DNA from: Myxococcales bacterium
Lineage (GTDB): Bacteria; Myxococcota_A; Polyangia; Polyangiales; Polyangiaceae
Direction of reading: 5' to 3'
NCBI GenBank assembly: GCA_043747615.1
Contig: JAYTOU010000017.1
Coordinates: 64,001-128,000, forward strand
Length of the DNA stretch: 64,000 bases
Below the pieces are notes generated by a model. That model was not told the DNA's origin. It did not search any database and saw nothing but the letters and a program-made list of their open reading frames with translations. This document shows positions 49,472 through 59,089 of this stretch, one piece after another. The translations under genes and the position numbers were made by a program. Each line of letters opens with the position of its first letter. The first letter of the stretch is position 1.

Positions 49472-50734
49472 TCAGTTGGTCTTCCCACCGTTGTTGTGAA
49501 CGAGGTACCCGCCCGCAAAGTAGTCATGGAAGACGGCCACCTCGAGATTGTACGTCGTCACGTCACCGGCCATCAGAAGGAGCTCGACCGTCGGCTCGGT
49601 GGCGAGCGTCTCCGGGCCGAGGATTCGGTCCGTGATCGTGGCGAGCGAGAGCGTGTCGCCGATCGAGAGCGCGCCAGCCGCGACCCAGGCGCCATTCACG
49701 TAGAAACGATGTTCGGGCGTGGTGACGATCCCGTTCAGCCGGGCGAGTCGCTTCGTATGCGGGTGGACGAAGAGCTGGGCGACATGCCCGGTCACTTTGA
49801 TTCCGGTGGTGGTGTCGTAGGAGAGCACTTCGTCGCCGACCTCGATCTCTTCGATGGGCTTCGTAGCGCCGCTCGCGAGGGTGACCGGGGTGCCGGCGAT
49901 GAAACAGGCGGCACCCGCGTCCGCCATTGGGATGCATATCCCCGCCGGGCCACACGTAAGCCCCATGGCGGTGCAGTCCATGTCGCAGTTTGGACCGCAC
50001 TTGGTTGGGCCAGGCGTACAGGCGACGCAGCCCGTCCCCCCGAGGTTGTCGCAGGTGCGCCCGGGACCGCAGGCACCGCAGGACGCGGAGTAACAATGTT
50101 GATCGTCCGAGGCGGTGCACGCGTTCCCGACGAGGCAAAACGGCGCGTTGCAGGCGATGGTGCACGTGCCGCTCGCGCACGTTCCCGCTCCGTTTAAAAC
50201 CGTGCAATCAGCACACAAAGTGCCGCAGTGTTTCGGGTCGTGCTGCGGGTCGACGCACTCAAGCATGCACTGGGCATTTGGCGCGTCGCAGGAGGTTGAG
50301 CACCCAAAGCCTCCGTCCATCGGGGCGCAGAACACCGGGCATGTGACGCCGCACGTGCCGCACGCCGCCTTGGTCGTCAGCTGGGTCTCGCAGCCATTGG
50401 CCGGATTCGAATCGCAGTTCCCGAAGCCCGCGTTGCAATCGCTGTCGGTCAATCCGCAGACCTCGGCCACGCAGCTGGCCTTGGCGTTTTGCGAACCGGG
50501 ACATGCGGTGCAGGCGCCGCCGCAGCCGACCTTCGCGTCGTTCCTCGCCACGCAGAGTCCGGAGCACAGCTTCTCGGTGGCCGCGCACACCGCCGGCGCC
50601 GGCGCCCCGTCGGGCATCGTCTGCGTCTGCGCGCGGTCCCTTGGTTCGTCGATGCCGAGGATCGTTCCGCAGGCGAGACCGAAGAACGCCAGAAGCACGT
50701 ACCCGAAAAAAGCGAGCCGCGAGGTCCTAACCAT
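49472..50734 (-). CDS. Cys-rich repeat lipoprotein with C-terminal Hint (intein-like) domain
   Basis: Lipobox GLAC and many Cys repeats (DPKHCG, NGCE). Hint domain CFIAGT...TTPEHRF...YNLEV..HDYFAGGYLVHN at 49493-49906. Confidence 0.88.
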   Translation of the reverse strand: MVRTSRLAFFGYVLLAFFGLACGTILGIDEPRDRAQTQTMPDGAPAPAVCAATEKLCSGLCVARNDAKVGCGGACTACPGSQNAKASCVAEVCGLTDSDCNAGFGNCDSNPANGCETQLTTKAACGTCGVTCPVFCAPMDGGFGCSTSCDAPNAQCMLECVDPQHDPKHCGTLCADCTVLNGAGTCASGTCTIACNAPFCLVGNACTASDDQHCYSASCGACGPGRTCDNLGGTGCVACTPGPTKCGPNCDMDCTAMGLTCGPAGICIPMADAGAACFIAGTPVTLASGATKPIEEIEVGDEVLSYDTTTGIKVTGHVAQLFVHPHTKRLARLNGIVTTPEHRFYVNGAWVAAGALSIGDTLSLATITDRILGPETLATEPTVELLLMAGDVTTYNLEVAVFHDYFAGGYLVHNNGGKTN

Positions 50735-50772
50735 ATCTGCAGTATCGCCCAGATGATCCAGGGCCACAAATC

Positions 50773-51828
50773 TCAGTGAACGACTGCGAGCTCACCTTCG
50801 TAGAGCTCGACGCGATCCGAAGAGGGCATGCGCCGCAACGCGAGGACCTCGGAGGCCTCACACCCCTGGGCGATCTCCGCCGACGACGTAGTCACGATCC
50901 ACTGTACGCGGGGCAGAGCGCACCGGAGCGCAGGGAGTAACGCGCGCTGCACGGAGACGTCTTGATGCGTTTCCACGTCGTCGATCAGCACCACCCCTTC
51001 GGACGCGCGCAGCTCTCTAGCCCGTGCGGGATACGCGGCGAAGAGCGCCCGCAGAGGGAGCGCGACGAAGGAGACGAGGTGACGGACGCTCGTCGGAAGA
51101 TCGTCGAAAGAAAGTGAACGCTCATCCGGGCCGACAAAACTGGGCTCTAGGGTGAAGGGGTCAGCGCCAATATACGTGTATCCTGCAAGCTCCACCAGGG
51201 GCGACACCGCCTCCCGCAAAGCGCGGTCGAATGCGTCGACACGCTCAGCGGTGCCCGGCTTCACCACACATCGCGCGGAGAGAGCCGCGCCGATCGAAGC
51301 GTACGAAAGGATTTGCTTCGTCTCCCGCGCGAGGTCAGCGCGCGTCGCGTCGTCGAAATGGGCAGGCGAGCGGACGTCGTAACGACCAAGCGAGCGATCC
51401 GGCGCCGAGAGGAGCACCGACGATTTCGAAAACCAACGAGCCCCCGAGAGCGCCACGAGAACGAAGCCCCCTTCGGCGGCGCGGCGATCGTAGGCGGACT
51501 GTTCGCGTCTGCGTTGAGCGGCGTCGCTGTCGTCGTCCACGACCGGCGCATTGGGAGTGATGACCGACAGCGCGTGCGGGCGGGCTGCATCGTCGTCTCC
51601 GGTGAGCCACTCCGCCGTGACGTACGAAATCCGATCGGCGGAGCGGTGCTGAAGGACGGCGAGCCCGGGTCGCGTGGATGCGATCGACGACAGGAGCGAC
51701 GTCTTTCCCACCCCGGCGCCGCCAACGATGACGGTGGTCGCCCGCGATCGCCCGCCTTCATCGGCGAATCGAAACGCCAGGTCTTCGATCGGCCCCACGC
51801 CAACCACGCGCACCCGCGAAATCTGCAT
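50773..51828 (-). CDS. AAA_21/ABC-type ATPase-like protein with degenerate catalytic motifs
   Basis: Walker A GGAGVGKT, Walker B-like VLIDDVETH, PRVQWIVTTSS. Confidence 0.75.
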   Translation of the reverse strand: MQISRVRVVGVGPIEDLAFRFADEGGRSRATTVIVGGAGVGKTSLLSSIASTRPGLAVLQHRSADRISYVTAEWLTGDDDAARPHALSVITPNAPVVDDDSDAAQRRREQSAYDRRAAEGGFVLVALSGARWFSKSSVLLSAPDRSLGRYDVRSPAHFDDATRADLARETKQILSYASIGAALSARCVVKPGTAERVDAFDRALREAVSPLVELAGYTYIGADPFTLEPSFVGPDERSLSFDDLPTSVRHLVSFVALPLRALFAAYPARARELRASEGVVLIDDVETHQDVSVQRALLPALRCALPRVQWIVTTSSAEIAQGCEASEVLALRRMPSSDRVELYEGELAVVH

Positions 51829-51858
51829 GACATTCTCAGCGTAGTACACTCCCCACCC

Positions 51859-53520
51859 ATGGCGCTGCGTTTTCCCGGCCGAACTGCGAGCCGACTGGCG
51901 ATCGCAATCCTCACGGTCGCGATCGTTCCACTAGGCGTGGCCATCCTGCTCGCGGACTCGCTGTTCAATCAGGCCTCCGCGATCTGGTTCAAGCCCGAGG
52001 TCGGCCAGCAGCTCGATCGCGGTGTCGGCGTGTACAAGGACTACGTCAAGGCCATCAAAGACGACATGCGTCACCAAACGGACGCCATCGCCGCCGATGA
52101 GATCCTTCGCGAGGCGGCGAAAAGAAAGAACACCGAAGTCATCGAGGCCCAGCTCGACGCGGTCTTCACGCATTTTCCGCAGCTGGTGACGCTGCGCATC
52201 GAAGACGCCGACGGCAATCCTCTCGCGCGTCGCGATCGCGGACGGCCGGTCAATGAAAACACGGAGCGCAGTCTCGAAGTGCGTCGTGGTCTCACCGATG
52301 GGGCAGACGCGCCGGTGGTCATCGCCACGTTCGCGATCGACCGCAAGCGCCTCGACGAGCTCGAATCCACGGGCGCGGTCGTCACCACCTACCACCAGCT
52401 CGAGGCGTCGCGCGGCGCGCTCTACCAAGGGTTTCTCTACGAGTTCGCGGCTCTCCTCGGCATCACCATGTTCGTCACCGTGATCCTCGGAACGTTCCTC
52501 GCGCGAGGCGTGACCCGCCGCATCAACCGCCTGGCCGCTGCCATCAACCTCGTCGCGGTGGGCGATCTCTCCGCCCGCGTGCCCGTCACCGGCTCGGACG
52601 AGCTCACCGATCTTGCCCGCACTTTCAACCGCATGCTCGGAGAGATGGCGCAGTCCCGCGCGCGGATCGAATTTTTGCAGCGGATCGGAGCGTGGCAAGA
52701 AATGGCGCAGCGTCTCGCGCACGAGATCAAGAATCCCCTCACGCCAATCCAGCTCGCGGTCCAGGAGTGTCATCGAAAATATCCGGGGCAGGACGTGCGC
52801 TTTCGAGCCCTCCTCGATACGACGCTCGAGATCGTGGAAGAAGAAGTGGGGACGCTGCGCCGCCTGGTCGGTGACTTCTCCAATTTTGCGCGACTGCCGC
52901 ACGCCGAGCTGAAGGAGCAGAGCCTTCGCGAGTTTTTGCGTGAGTGCTCCGAGCAGCTTACCCATCTCGAAGATCCCGGTCTCGACGGCACCCCGGGGGA
53001 GTACGACATAGGATCGACGAACGTCGATATCACCTGGAAAATTCCGAAGGATCCGCTGCCCGCTGCGATCGATCGTCAGATGCTGCGACGGGTGGTGGTG
53101 AACCTGGTGCGGAACGCAGTGCAGGCCATCCGCGATGATCGCGAGACCGCTCTCGCGCCACTCACGGACGAACCGATCGGGCACGTGATTGTCGGTGCCG
53201 AAGCCGACGGTGCGGGGGCCGCGATCACGGTGGAGGACGACGGCGCCGGAATCGCAGAGGACCACATTGCGCGTGTGTTCGATCCATATTTTACGACCAA
53301 GCACGACGGCACTGGCCTCGGTCTGGCCATCGTCAAAAAAATCGTGGTCGAGCATGGCGGATCGATCGACGCGGGAAAAAGCAGTGTCCTCGGCGGTGCG
53401 CGCTTCGTCGTGCATCTCCCGGCACCGAACGATCTCGGCCTGGCCGCCACGGCGCGCGCGCATGCCGCTCGTGTGGGCGTATCGACGGAGAGCAACCGCT
53501 TGGTCATCCAAGACGACTAG
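51859..53520 (+). CDS. Membrane HAMP sensor histidine kinase (NtrY-like)
   Basis: Two TM helices, HAMP, AWQEMAQRLAHEIKNPLTPI, NLVRNA and GTGLGL. True start ATG 51859. Confidence 0.92.
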   Translation: MALRFPGRTASRLAIAILTVAIVPLGVAILLADSLFNQASAIWFKPEVGQQLDRGVGVYKDYVKAIKDDMRHQTDAIAADEILREAAKRKNTEVIEAQLDAVFTHFPQLVTLRIEDADGNPLARRDRGRPVNENTERSLEVRRGLTDGADAPVVIATFAIDRKRLDELESTGAVVTTYHQLEASRGALYQGFLYEFAALLGITMFVTVILGTFLARGVTRRINRLAAAINLVAVGDLSARVPVTGSDELTDLARTFNRMLGEMAQSRARIEFLQRIGAWQEMAQRLAHEIKNPLTPIQLAVQECHRKYPGQDVRFRALLDTTLEIVEEEVGTLRRLVGDFSNFARLPHAELKEQSLREFLRECSEQLTHLEDPGLDGTPGEYDIGSTNVDITWKIPKDPLPAAIDRQMLRRVVVNLVRNAVQAIRDDRETALAPLTDEPIGHVIVGAEADGAGAAITVEDDGAGIAEDHIARVFDPYFTTKHDGTGLGLAIVKKIVVEHGGSIDAGKSSVLGGARFVVHLPAPNDLGLAATARAHAARVGVSTESNRLVIQDD

Positions 53521-53596
53521 GGCTGTCCCTCGTTCGATGTCTTGGGACGGCCCACATCCTCCCGATGGTCGGACCAGTCCGTGCTATGCGGAGAGC

Positions 53597-54163
53597 ATGT
53601 CCACGAGCAGACCGGCGCAAGGAAGCGGCACCGACGAAGCGTCGGGGATTCTCCAGCCGCTCGGAACGGCGCTCCTCGTCTTGGCTCTGCTCTTCGGTTT
53701 CGCGTTCCTCCCGAAGCTCTTCGGCGAACGCGCAGACGTCGCCGGAAAACCCGCCCCTGAGTTTTCGGTCGAGGCGATCGCCAACGTGCCGGGCAAACCG
53801 CGCCTCTCGCTGAGCGAGCTGCACGGGAAGGTCGTCATCTTAGATTTCTGGGCCACGTGGTGCGGCCCGTGCCGGGCGCAGTCACCCGTGCTCGACAGCC
53901 TGCAGCGCAAATTCCAGGACCGCGGGTTGATGGTGGTGGGGATGAACACGAACGACGGCGAGGGGAACGCGAAGGAGTGGGCGGCAAGCCACGGCGTGGT
54001 CTATCCCATCGTCTACGACCAGAACGACGCTGTCGCGCATGGTTACAACGTGAACAGCTTTCCCACGCTCTTCGTCATCGATCGCGAGGGGAAGATCGTA
54101 GCGAAGCGGGAGGGGTTCACCTCCGCGAACGAGCTCGAAGGCCTCGTAAGAAAACTGCTCTAA
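53597..54163 (+). CDS. TlpA-family thiol-disulfide oxidoreductase
   Basis: N-terminal TM anchor, DFWATWCGPC and FPTLFVID. Confidence 0.92.
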   Translation: MSTSRPAQGSGTDEASGILQPLGTALLVLALLFGFAFLPKLFGERADVAGKPAPEFSVEAIANVPGKPRLSLSELHGKVVILDFWATWCGPCRAQSPVLDSLQRKFQDRGLMVVGMNTNDGEGNAKEWAASHGVVYPIVYDQNDAVAHGYNVNSFPTLFVIDREGKIVAKREGFTSANELEGLVRKLL

Positions 54164-54173
54164 GACCACCGAC

Positions 54174-55046
54174 CTAAGAATCCTTCCGGGGCGTCCGCAT
54201 GGGCAAAAAGAAGAGCGTGTTCGTGAGCTCATTCTTTCCCGCGTAGAGATCAGTGTCGAACGTTTCGCGTAGACGAGCGTAGGTCATCACCTCGTCGACG
54301 CCGCCGATCGCAACGAATTTTCCCTCCTTGGCGAGCACCACGCGCGAGGCATACTGGGCGGCGATGTTGAGGTCATGCATCACCACCACGCACGCGAGGC
54401 GATCGCGGCTTACCTCCTCGGCGAGCAAATCGTAGAGCGCGATCTGGTGACGCACGTCGAGGAACGCGGCGGGCTCGTCGAGGAGAAGTACGCGCGGACG
54501 CTGGGCGAGGGCACGCGCAATCATTACCCGCTTTTGCTCGCCACCACTGAGCTCGCGCACCGAGCGCTTCGCGTGATCGACGAGATCGCAGCGCTCGAGC
54601 ACGGTCGCGACGATTGCGTCGTCCTCCGGTGACGCCCGCATCCATGCCCCTTGGTGCGGCGCGCGCCCCATCATGACCACGTCGTGAACGCTGAAGCCGA
54701 AGGTCACCTCCTCGGTCTGCGCAACGACCGCGAGCTTCTGGGCAACGAGGCGGCGATCCATTCCGAGGAGCGGCTCGCCGAAGAGACGGACGTCCCCCGC
54801 GGATGGCAGAAGCGTGCCGGCAAGCACGCGCAGCAGCGTCGTCTTGCCCGCGCCATTGGGACCCAAGATGGCGATGAGCTCTCCTGCGCGCACCTCGAGG
54901 TCCACGCCGGCGAGCGGGAGACGCGTCGAGCCGACAGGGCGCGCATCCTCGGTGGATTCAGCGTAACGAGCGGAGATGGCTCTCGCCTGGAGGGGGACGT
55001 GAAGAGAGGCTTCGTGACGGGCCTCGATGAGCGTCGCCTCAGCCAT
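54174..55046 (-). CDS. ABC transporter ATP-binding subunit, iron-siderophore/cobalamin (FepC-like) type
   Basis: GPNGAGKT, LSGGE, LLLDEP and MHDLN. Confidence 0.92.
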   Translation of the reverse strand: MAEATLIEARHEASLHVPLQARAISARYAESTEDARPVGSTRLPLAGVDLEVRAGELIAILGPNGAGKTTLLRVLAGTLLPSAGDVRLFGEPLLGMDRRLVAQKLAVVAQTEEVTFGFSVHDVVMMGRAPHQGAWMRASPEDDAIVATVLERCDLVDHAKRSVRELSGGEQKRVMIARALAQRPRVLLLDEPAAFLDVRHQIALYDLLAEEVSRDRLACVVVMHDLNIAAQYASRVVLAKEGKFVAIGGVDEVMTYARLRETFDTDLYAGKNELTNTLFFLPMRTPRKDS

Positions 55047-55121
55047 GATTCTTTTCCTGGCGCTTGACTTGTCGCATCAATGTACCCTTGTTGTTCCAGG
55101 TTTTACGAGTAAGGAGCATGC

Positions 55122-55730
55122 GTGGAAACGAAGCCTCATGCAGCGTCGGCGTCCTCGCCGCAAGGCAGCGACGCAGCGTCCGATGGGACGGGAGAGCGCC
55201 CGCGGCGGGTGATCAAGCGGTACTCGAATCGCAAGCTATACGACACGAAAGACAGTCGCTACGTCACGCTCCTTCAGATCGCGGAGATGGTCCGCCTCAG
55301 CGACGACGTGCAGATCATCGACAACAATTCGAAGGAAGATCTCACCGAGGTCACCCTCGCGCAGATCATCTACGAAGAGCAGAAGGCGCGCAGCCGTAAC
55401 GTTCCGCTGCAGACGCTGAAGGAGCTGATTCACTCGCGCACAGAGAAGGTCCTGTCCGACTTGCGTGAAGGCCCGATCGGTCGCTTGATTCCAGGTCGCG
55501 CGGCCGGTGACGCCCCTCCAGCGGCAAAGAGCGATGCGCCGGTGAAGACGGACGGCAAGACCGGAATCGTCGGTCAAGCCAAGGAAACACTCGAGGACTG
55601 GCAGCAGAAAATCGATGAGCGCATCAAGGCGATTCTGCCAAGCTTCAGCCCATGGCAGCAGCTTCAAAGCGAGGTCAGGCGCCTGACGGCCCGCATCGAG
55701 GAGCTTGAGCGAAAGTTGAAAGACAAATAG
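55122..55730 (+). CDS. PhaR-type (PHA regulator) DNA-binding domain protein
   Basis: [19 protein letters not shown]...EDLT..TLAQII, with a C-terminal coiled coil. Confidence 0.85.
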   Translation: METKPHAASASSPQGSDAASDGTGERPRRVIKRYSNRKLYDTKDSRYVTLLQIAEMVRLSDDVQIIDNNSKEDLTEVTLAQIIYEEQKARSRNVPLQTLKELIHSRTEKVLSDLREGPIGRLIPGRAAGDAPPAAKSDAPVKTDGKTGIVGQAKETLEDWQQKIDERIKAILPSFSPWQQLQSEVRRLTARIEELERKLKDK

Positions 55731-55756
55731 GCACGCTACGCCGTGAGTATTCCTTG

Positions 55757-55783
55757 GGAATACGAGGCCGCAGCGCTGTGTTG
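55757..55783 (+). promoter_or_regulatory. ECF promoter GGAAT-N18-GTTG (SigR/SigH-type), probably autoregulatory
   Basis: GGAAT at 55757-55761, exactly 18 nt of spacer, GTTG at 55780-55783, upstream of the sigma gene. Confidence 0.7.
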
Positions 55784-55808
55784 ACCCCACTGAAAAGGGG
55801 AGCTCGAA

Positions 55809-56480
55809 ATGTCTATTTTCCGCGCCGCCGTCAAAAAGACCAAGGAAGTCGACACCTTCGCTGAGGAGACGCTCTCCCACTTAGACGGGATGTACGCCGT
55901 GGCATGCCGACTGACGCGCAATCCGACGGAAGCAGAGGACCTCGTCCAGGACTCCTTGGTGAAGGCCATGCGCGCGCGGGAGCAGTACGCGGCAGGGACG
56001 AACCTCAAGGCCTGGCTCTACCGGATCCTCACCAACACGTTCATCAACAAGTACCGTCGCGGCGGGCTCGAACGCGCTCTCTTCGACGGGCCAGACGCCG
56101 ATCCCCTCGCCGACGGTTGGGTGAGCGCGTCCACGATGCGTCAGCTTCGCGATCCGGAACAGATCGCACTGATGCCCATCGTTGAGTCGGAGGTTCGCGC
56201 GGCGCTCGACGCCCTCCCCGCTGAGTTCAAGCTCGCCGTCGTGCTCTGCGATGTCGAAGAATTCTCGTACGAAGAGATCGCCGAGATCATGGGCTGCCCC
56301 ATCGGCACGGTGATGAGCCGGTTACATCGAGGGCGAAAGCTCCTCCAGCGCTCGCTCTACAGCCATGCGCTTGCGATGGGGATCGTTAAAGGTGAAGATA
56401 GCGTTGGGTCTAATCCTTCCGCGCCGGCAGACATCGCGGCGTATCGCGCGAAGAAACGTACTGTAAATGGGGCTGGATGA
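55809..56480 (+). CDS. ECF RNA polymerase sigma factor (SigR/SigH-like)
   Basis: [28 protein letters not shown] and [23 protein letters not shown]. Confidence 0.93.
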   Translation: MSIFRAAVKKTKEVDTFAEETLSHLDGMYAVACRLTRNPTEAEDLVQDSLVKAMRAREQYAAGTNLKAWLYRILTNTFINKYRRGGLERALFDGPDADPLADGWVSASTMRQLRDPEQIALMPIVESEVRAALDALPAEFKLAVVLCDVEEFSYEEIAEIMGCPIGTVMSRLHRGRKLLQRSLYSHALAMGIVKGEDSVGSNPSAPADIAAYRAKKRTVNGAG

Positions 56481-57328
56481 TGTTCTCGCTCGAACGAACC
56501 TGTAAGAATTTTTGCCACCTCTTGGGTGCGTACGCGGATGGAGAGCTCGAGCCCTCCGCCGTCTGCGCCATCGAAGAGCACGTGACGTCCTGCGAGGGGT
56601 GTCGCGAGCGCGTGGAGCTGGATCGGGCTATTCGCGGCTCGCTCAAGCGAACGGTACGCTCCAGCGCGCCGGAAGGTCTGCGCGCGCGTGCAGAAGCGGC
56701 AATGATGGCGGCGAAGGCCGCGGAGGTTTCGAAGAAGGATGCGCGGGCCAGGGAGCTCGCGCTGAATACGAGCGCGGGCGCTTCGTGGCGAACGATCGTC
56801 CCGCTGGCGAGCGCCGCCGCTCTGGCGATGGTGTGGGGTGCCGCAACGCGCGGCCCTCTCAACCAAGGAAAGCAACTCGCCTCGCGCGGCACGCCGGACT
56901 CGATGCGAGCCGGCTTCGGAGACGAGCTCCTCGAAGAATTCGTAGCCGAGCATGCGCGAACGGTGCCCGTCACGCGTCCGGATCTCGGGGACGTGCGGGG
57001 CTTCGAGCAGTACGTGGGTGTTCCCATCCGTCCTCGAGGCTTCGAACGAGCGGGGGCGCGCCTCGTCGGTGGGCGGCTGGTGCCCGTGCATCAGGAGCGC
57101 GCGGCGATGCTCCAGTATGAACTTGGAACTGGTCCAGAGCTTCGGCGGGTGAGCGTTCTCATCTACGATCCCAGGCGCATTCAGGTCAACGACGACAGGA
57201 TCTCCCCGCGCGATGGATACGTCGCCGTCACCCAGCGAGGCGGCGTTGGCTACGCATGCGCGAGCGCGAGCAACAAAGACTGCGCAGAGTTCGCCGCGAA
57301 CGTCGGCGACGAAGCAACCGATCCGTAA
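56477..57328 (+). CDS. Zinc-binding (zf-HC2/ZAS) transmembrane anti-sigma factor
   Basis: AYADGEL...HVTSCEGC (HxxxCxxC) and one TM helix. Overlaps the sigma stop. Confidence 0.88.
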   Translation: MMFSLERTCKNFCHLLGAYADGELEPSAVCAIEEHVTSCEGCRERVELDRAIRGSLKRTVRSSAPEGLRARAEAAMMAAKAAEVSKKDARARELALNTSAGASWRTIVPLASAAALAMVWGAATRGPLNQGKQLASRGTPDSMRAGFGDELLEEFVAEHARTVPVTRPDLGDVRGFEQYVGVPIRPRGFERAGARLVGGRLVPVHQERAAMLQYELGTGPELRRVSVLIYDPRRIQVNDDRISPRDGYVAVTQRGGVGYACASASNKDCAEFAANVGDEATDP

Positions 57329-57331
57329 CAA

Positions 57332-59089
57332 CTATTGCGCAGCGGCGAGGCCGAGCTTCCGCGGATCGCTAGCGCTGAAGACGCGGACCGCCGGCCCTTT
57401 GCGATCCCACACCACCATCTGCACGGCGCTGAACGGCATGAGCTCGTCCTTCACTTTTTCGCCGCGTGCGCGAAGACCGGCACGCACGTCCTCCGCGACC
57501 TCCGACTCGACGAGAATCTCCGGAGTCGCGCCCGACACGAAAATGCGCGGCGCGCTCACGCAAGCAGCCGCGTCCATTCCGAAGATCAGACGCGAGAGCG
57601 TCGCTTGGGTAACGCCGGTGGCAATGCGTTGCCCGCCGGATCCGCCGGCAGCAAGAATGGGGACGCCCCCCTCGAGCACGATGGTGGGAGTCATGCTGGA
57701 CACGGGGCGAGCACCTGGGCGTGGTCTGTTCGGCCCAAGACCGATTACTCCGAAGCCACTGATGTCCTGAGCAGACGAGAAATCGGTGAGCTCGTCGTTG
57801 AGGACGATCCCAGTGTCTCCGGCCAACACCCGCGCGCCGAATGGGCCGTTTACGGTGGTGGTGAGGGTGACGACGTTGCCCTCGGCGTCGGCGACGATGA
57901 GGTGGCTCGTCCCGCTCTCTTGCGTCCTGAACTCCGGAGCGAGCAGCACCTTGTTGGGCTCGATTCTCGCGCGACGCGCCGCGAGCTGCTGCGCATCGAG
58001 GGCCTGCTCGTAGGCCGCGACCACTCCAGGGCTCACCTCGGGATCCGAGGCCAACCGCACGCGATCAGAGATGGCACCGCGCATCACTTCGGCGATCGTG
58101 TGGAGGTAGGCGCTCGATCCGAACCCCATCGACGCGAGCGGCGAGCTCGAATTCGCGCCGAACATGGTGAGAGTCTCGAGGAGCATCAGACCGCCTGCCG
58201 ACGGAGCGGGCATCGTCGCGATCGTCCGGCCATCGATGGTCTTGGTGAGCGGCGCGCGCTCGTGAACGCGGTAGCCGGCGAGGTCCGACGCTGACAGCGT
58301 TCCCCCAGCGCCCCGTGCGCTCTCGACGATCTTCGAGGCGACGTCGCCGGTATAAAACGGCTTCGCGCCTTCCGCGCCAAATCGGGAAATCGTTCGCGCC
58401 AGATCAGGTCGTCGAAGCGTGGTCCGGTATTCGATGGGCCGGCCTCCCGGGAGGAAGACCTGCGCAATCTCGGGCGACAAGCCGATGTATTCGTGAAAGC
58501 GAGACACACCCTCTGCGAGGTGATGACCGACGAAGAAACCCGTGTTCGCGAGCTGTGCCGCGGGGAGCGCATCTGCGGCGAGAGACTTTTTTCCGTAGTG
58601 CACGCTCAGCCATTCGAGGCCCGCGGGCTCACCGGGCACACCGATGGCGAGGCCTCGTGCCGGCTGGTTTTTGGTGAGCATTCTCTCGACGTCGAGCTGC
58701 GCGGGGGCGGTCTCCCGAAAATCGAGAGCAACGATCTTTCGCTCCTTGGCGACGTACACGAGCGCAAAGCCGCCTCCGCCGAGACCGCTCGCCGTCGGGT
58801 TGACGACGCCGAGAGTGAGGGCCGCGGCGATCGCTCCGTCGAACGCGTTTCCTCCGCTGTGGAGCAGCTCGAGCGCGGCCTGTGTGGCGTACGCGTGATC
58901 GGTCGCAACGGCGATGGTCGACCCTTCGGCGCTCGGCGCAAATGCCGCCTGTGCCGGGAAGGGCACGGTCGCCGAAATCACCGCGCCGAAGAATGCGGCG
59001 ACAACGCTCGATGGCCAGCGGGATGGCCAACTCGATGACCAGAGAGGTGTTAGGCTGCGTTTTTCCAAGCGAATAGGGAGCTCGTTCAT
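57332..59089 (-). CDS. ggt: Gamma-glutamyltransferase
   Basis: GGNAFD, SGLGGGGF, DFRETAP, autocleavage site GTSH, PVSSMTP, GGSGG and DPRK. Start uncertain (59089 or TTG 59068). Confidence 0.93.
   Translation of the reverse strand: MNELPIRLEKRSLTPLWSSSWPSRWPSSVVAAFFGAVISATVPFPAQAAFAPSAEGSTIAVATDHAYATQAALELLHSGGNAFDGAIAAALTLGVVNPTASGLGGGGFALVYVAKERKIVALDFRETAPAQLDVERMLTKNQPARGLAIGVPGEPAGLEWLSVHYGKKSLAADALPAAQLANTGFFVGHHLAEGVSRFHEYIGLSPEIAQVFLPGGRPIEYRTTLRRPDLARTISRFGAEGAKPFYTGDVASKIVESARGAGGTLSASDLAGYRVHERAPLTKTIDGRTIATMPAPSAGGLMLLETLTMFGANSSSPLASMGFGSSAYLHTIAEVMRGAISDRVRLASDPEVSPGVVAAYEQALDAQQLAARRARIEPNKVLLAPEFRTQESGTSHLIVADAEGNVVTLTTTVNGPFGARVLAGDTGIVLNDELTDFSSAQDISGFGVIGLGPNRPRPGARPVSSMTPTIVLEGGVPILAAGGSGGQRIATGVTQATLSRLIFGMDAAACVSAPRIFVSGATPEILVESEVAEDVRAGLRARGEKVKDELMPFSAVQMVVWDRKGPAVRVFSASDPRKLGLAAAQ

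Noticed and set aside
49472..51828. Hint protein plus ATPase as a polymorphic toxin or defence locus
   Set aside because: No toxin domain, immunity gene or nuclease is present. The two genes are reported separately.
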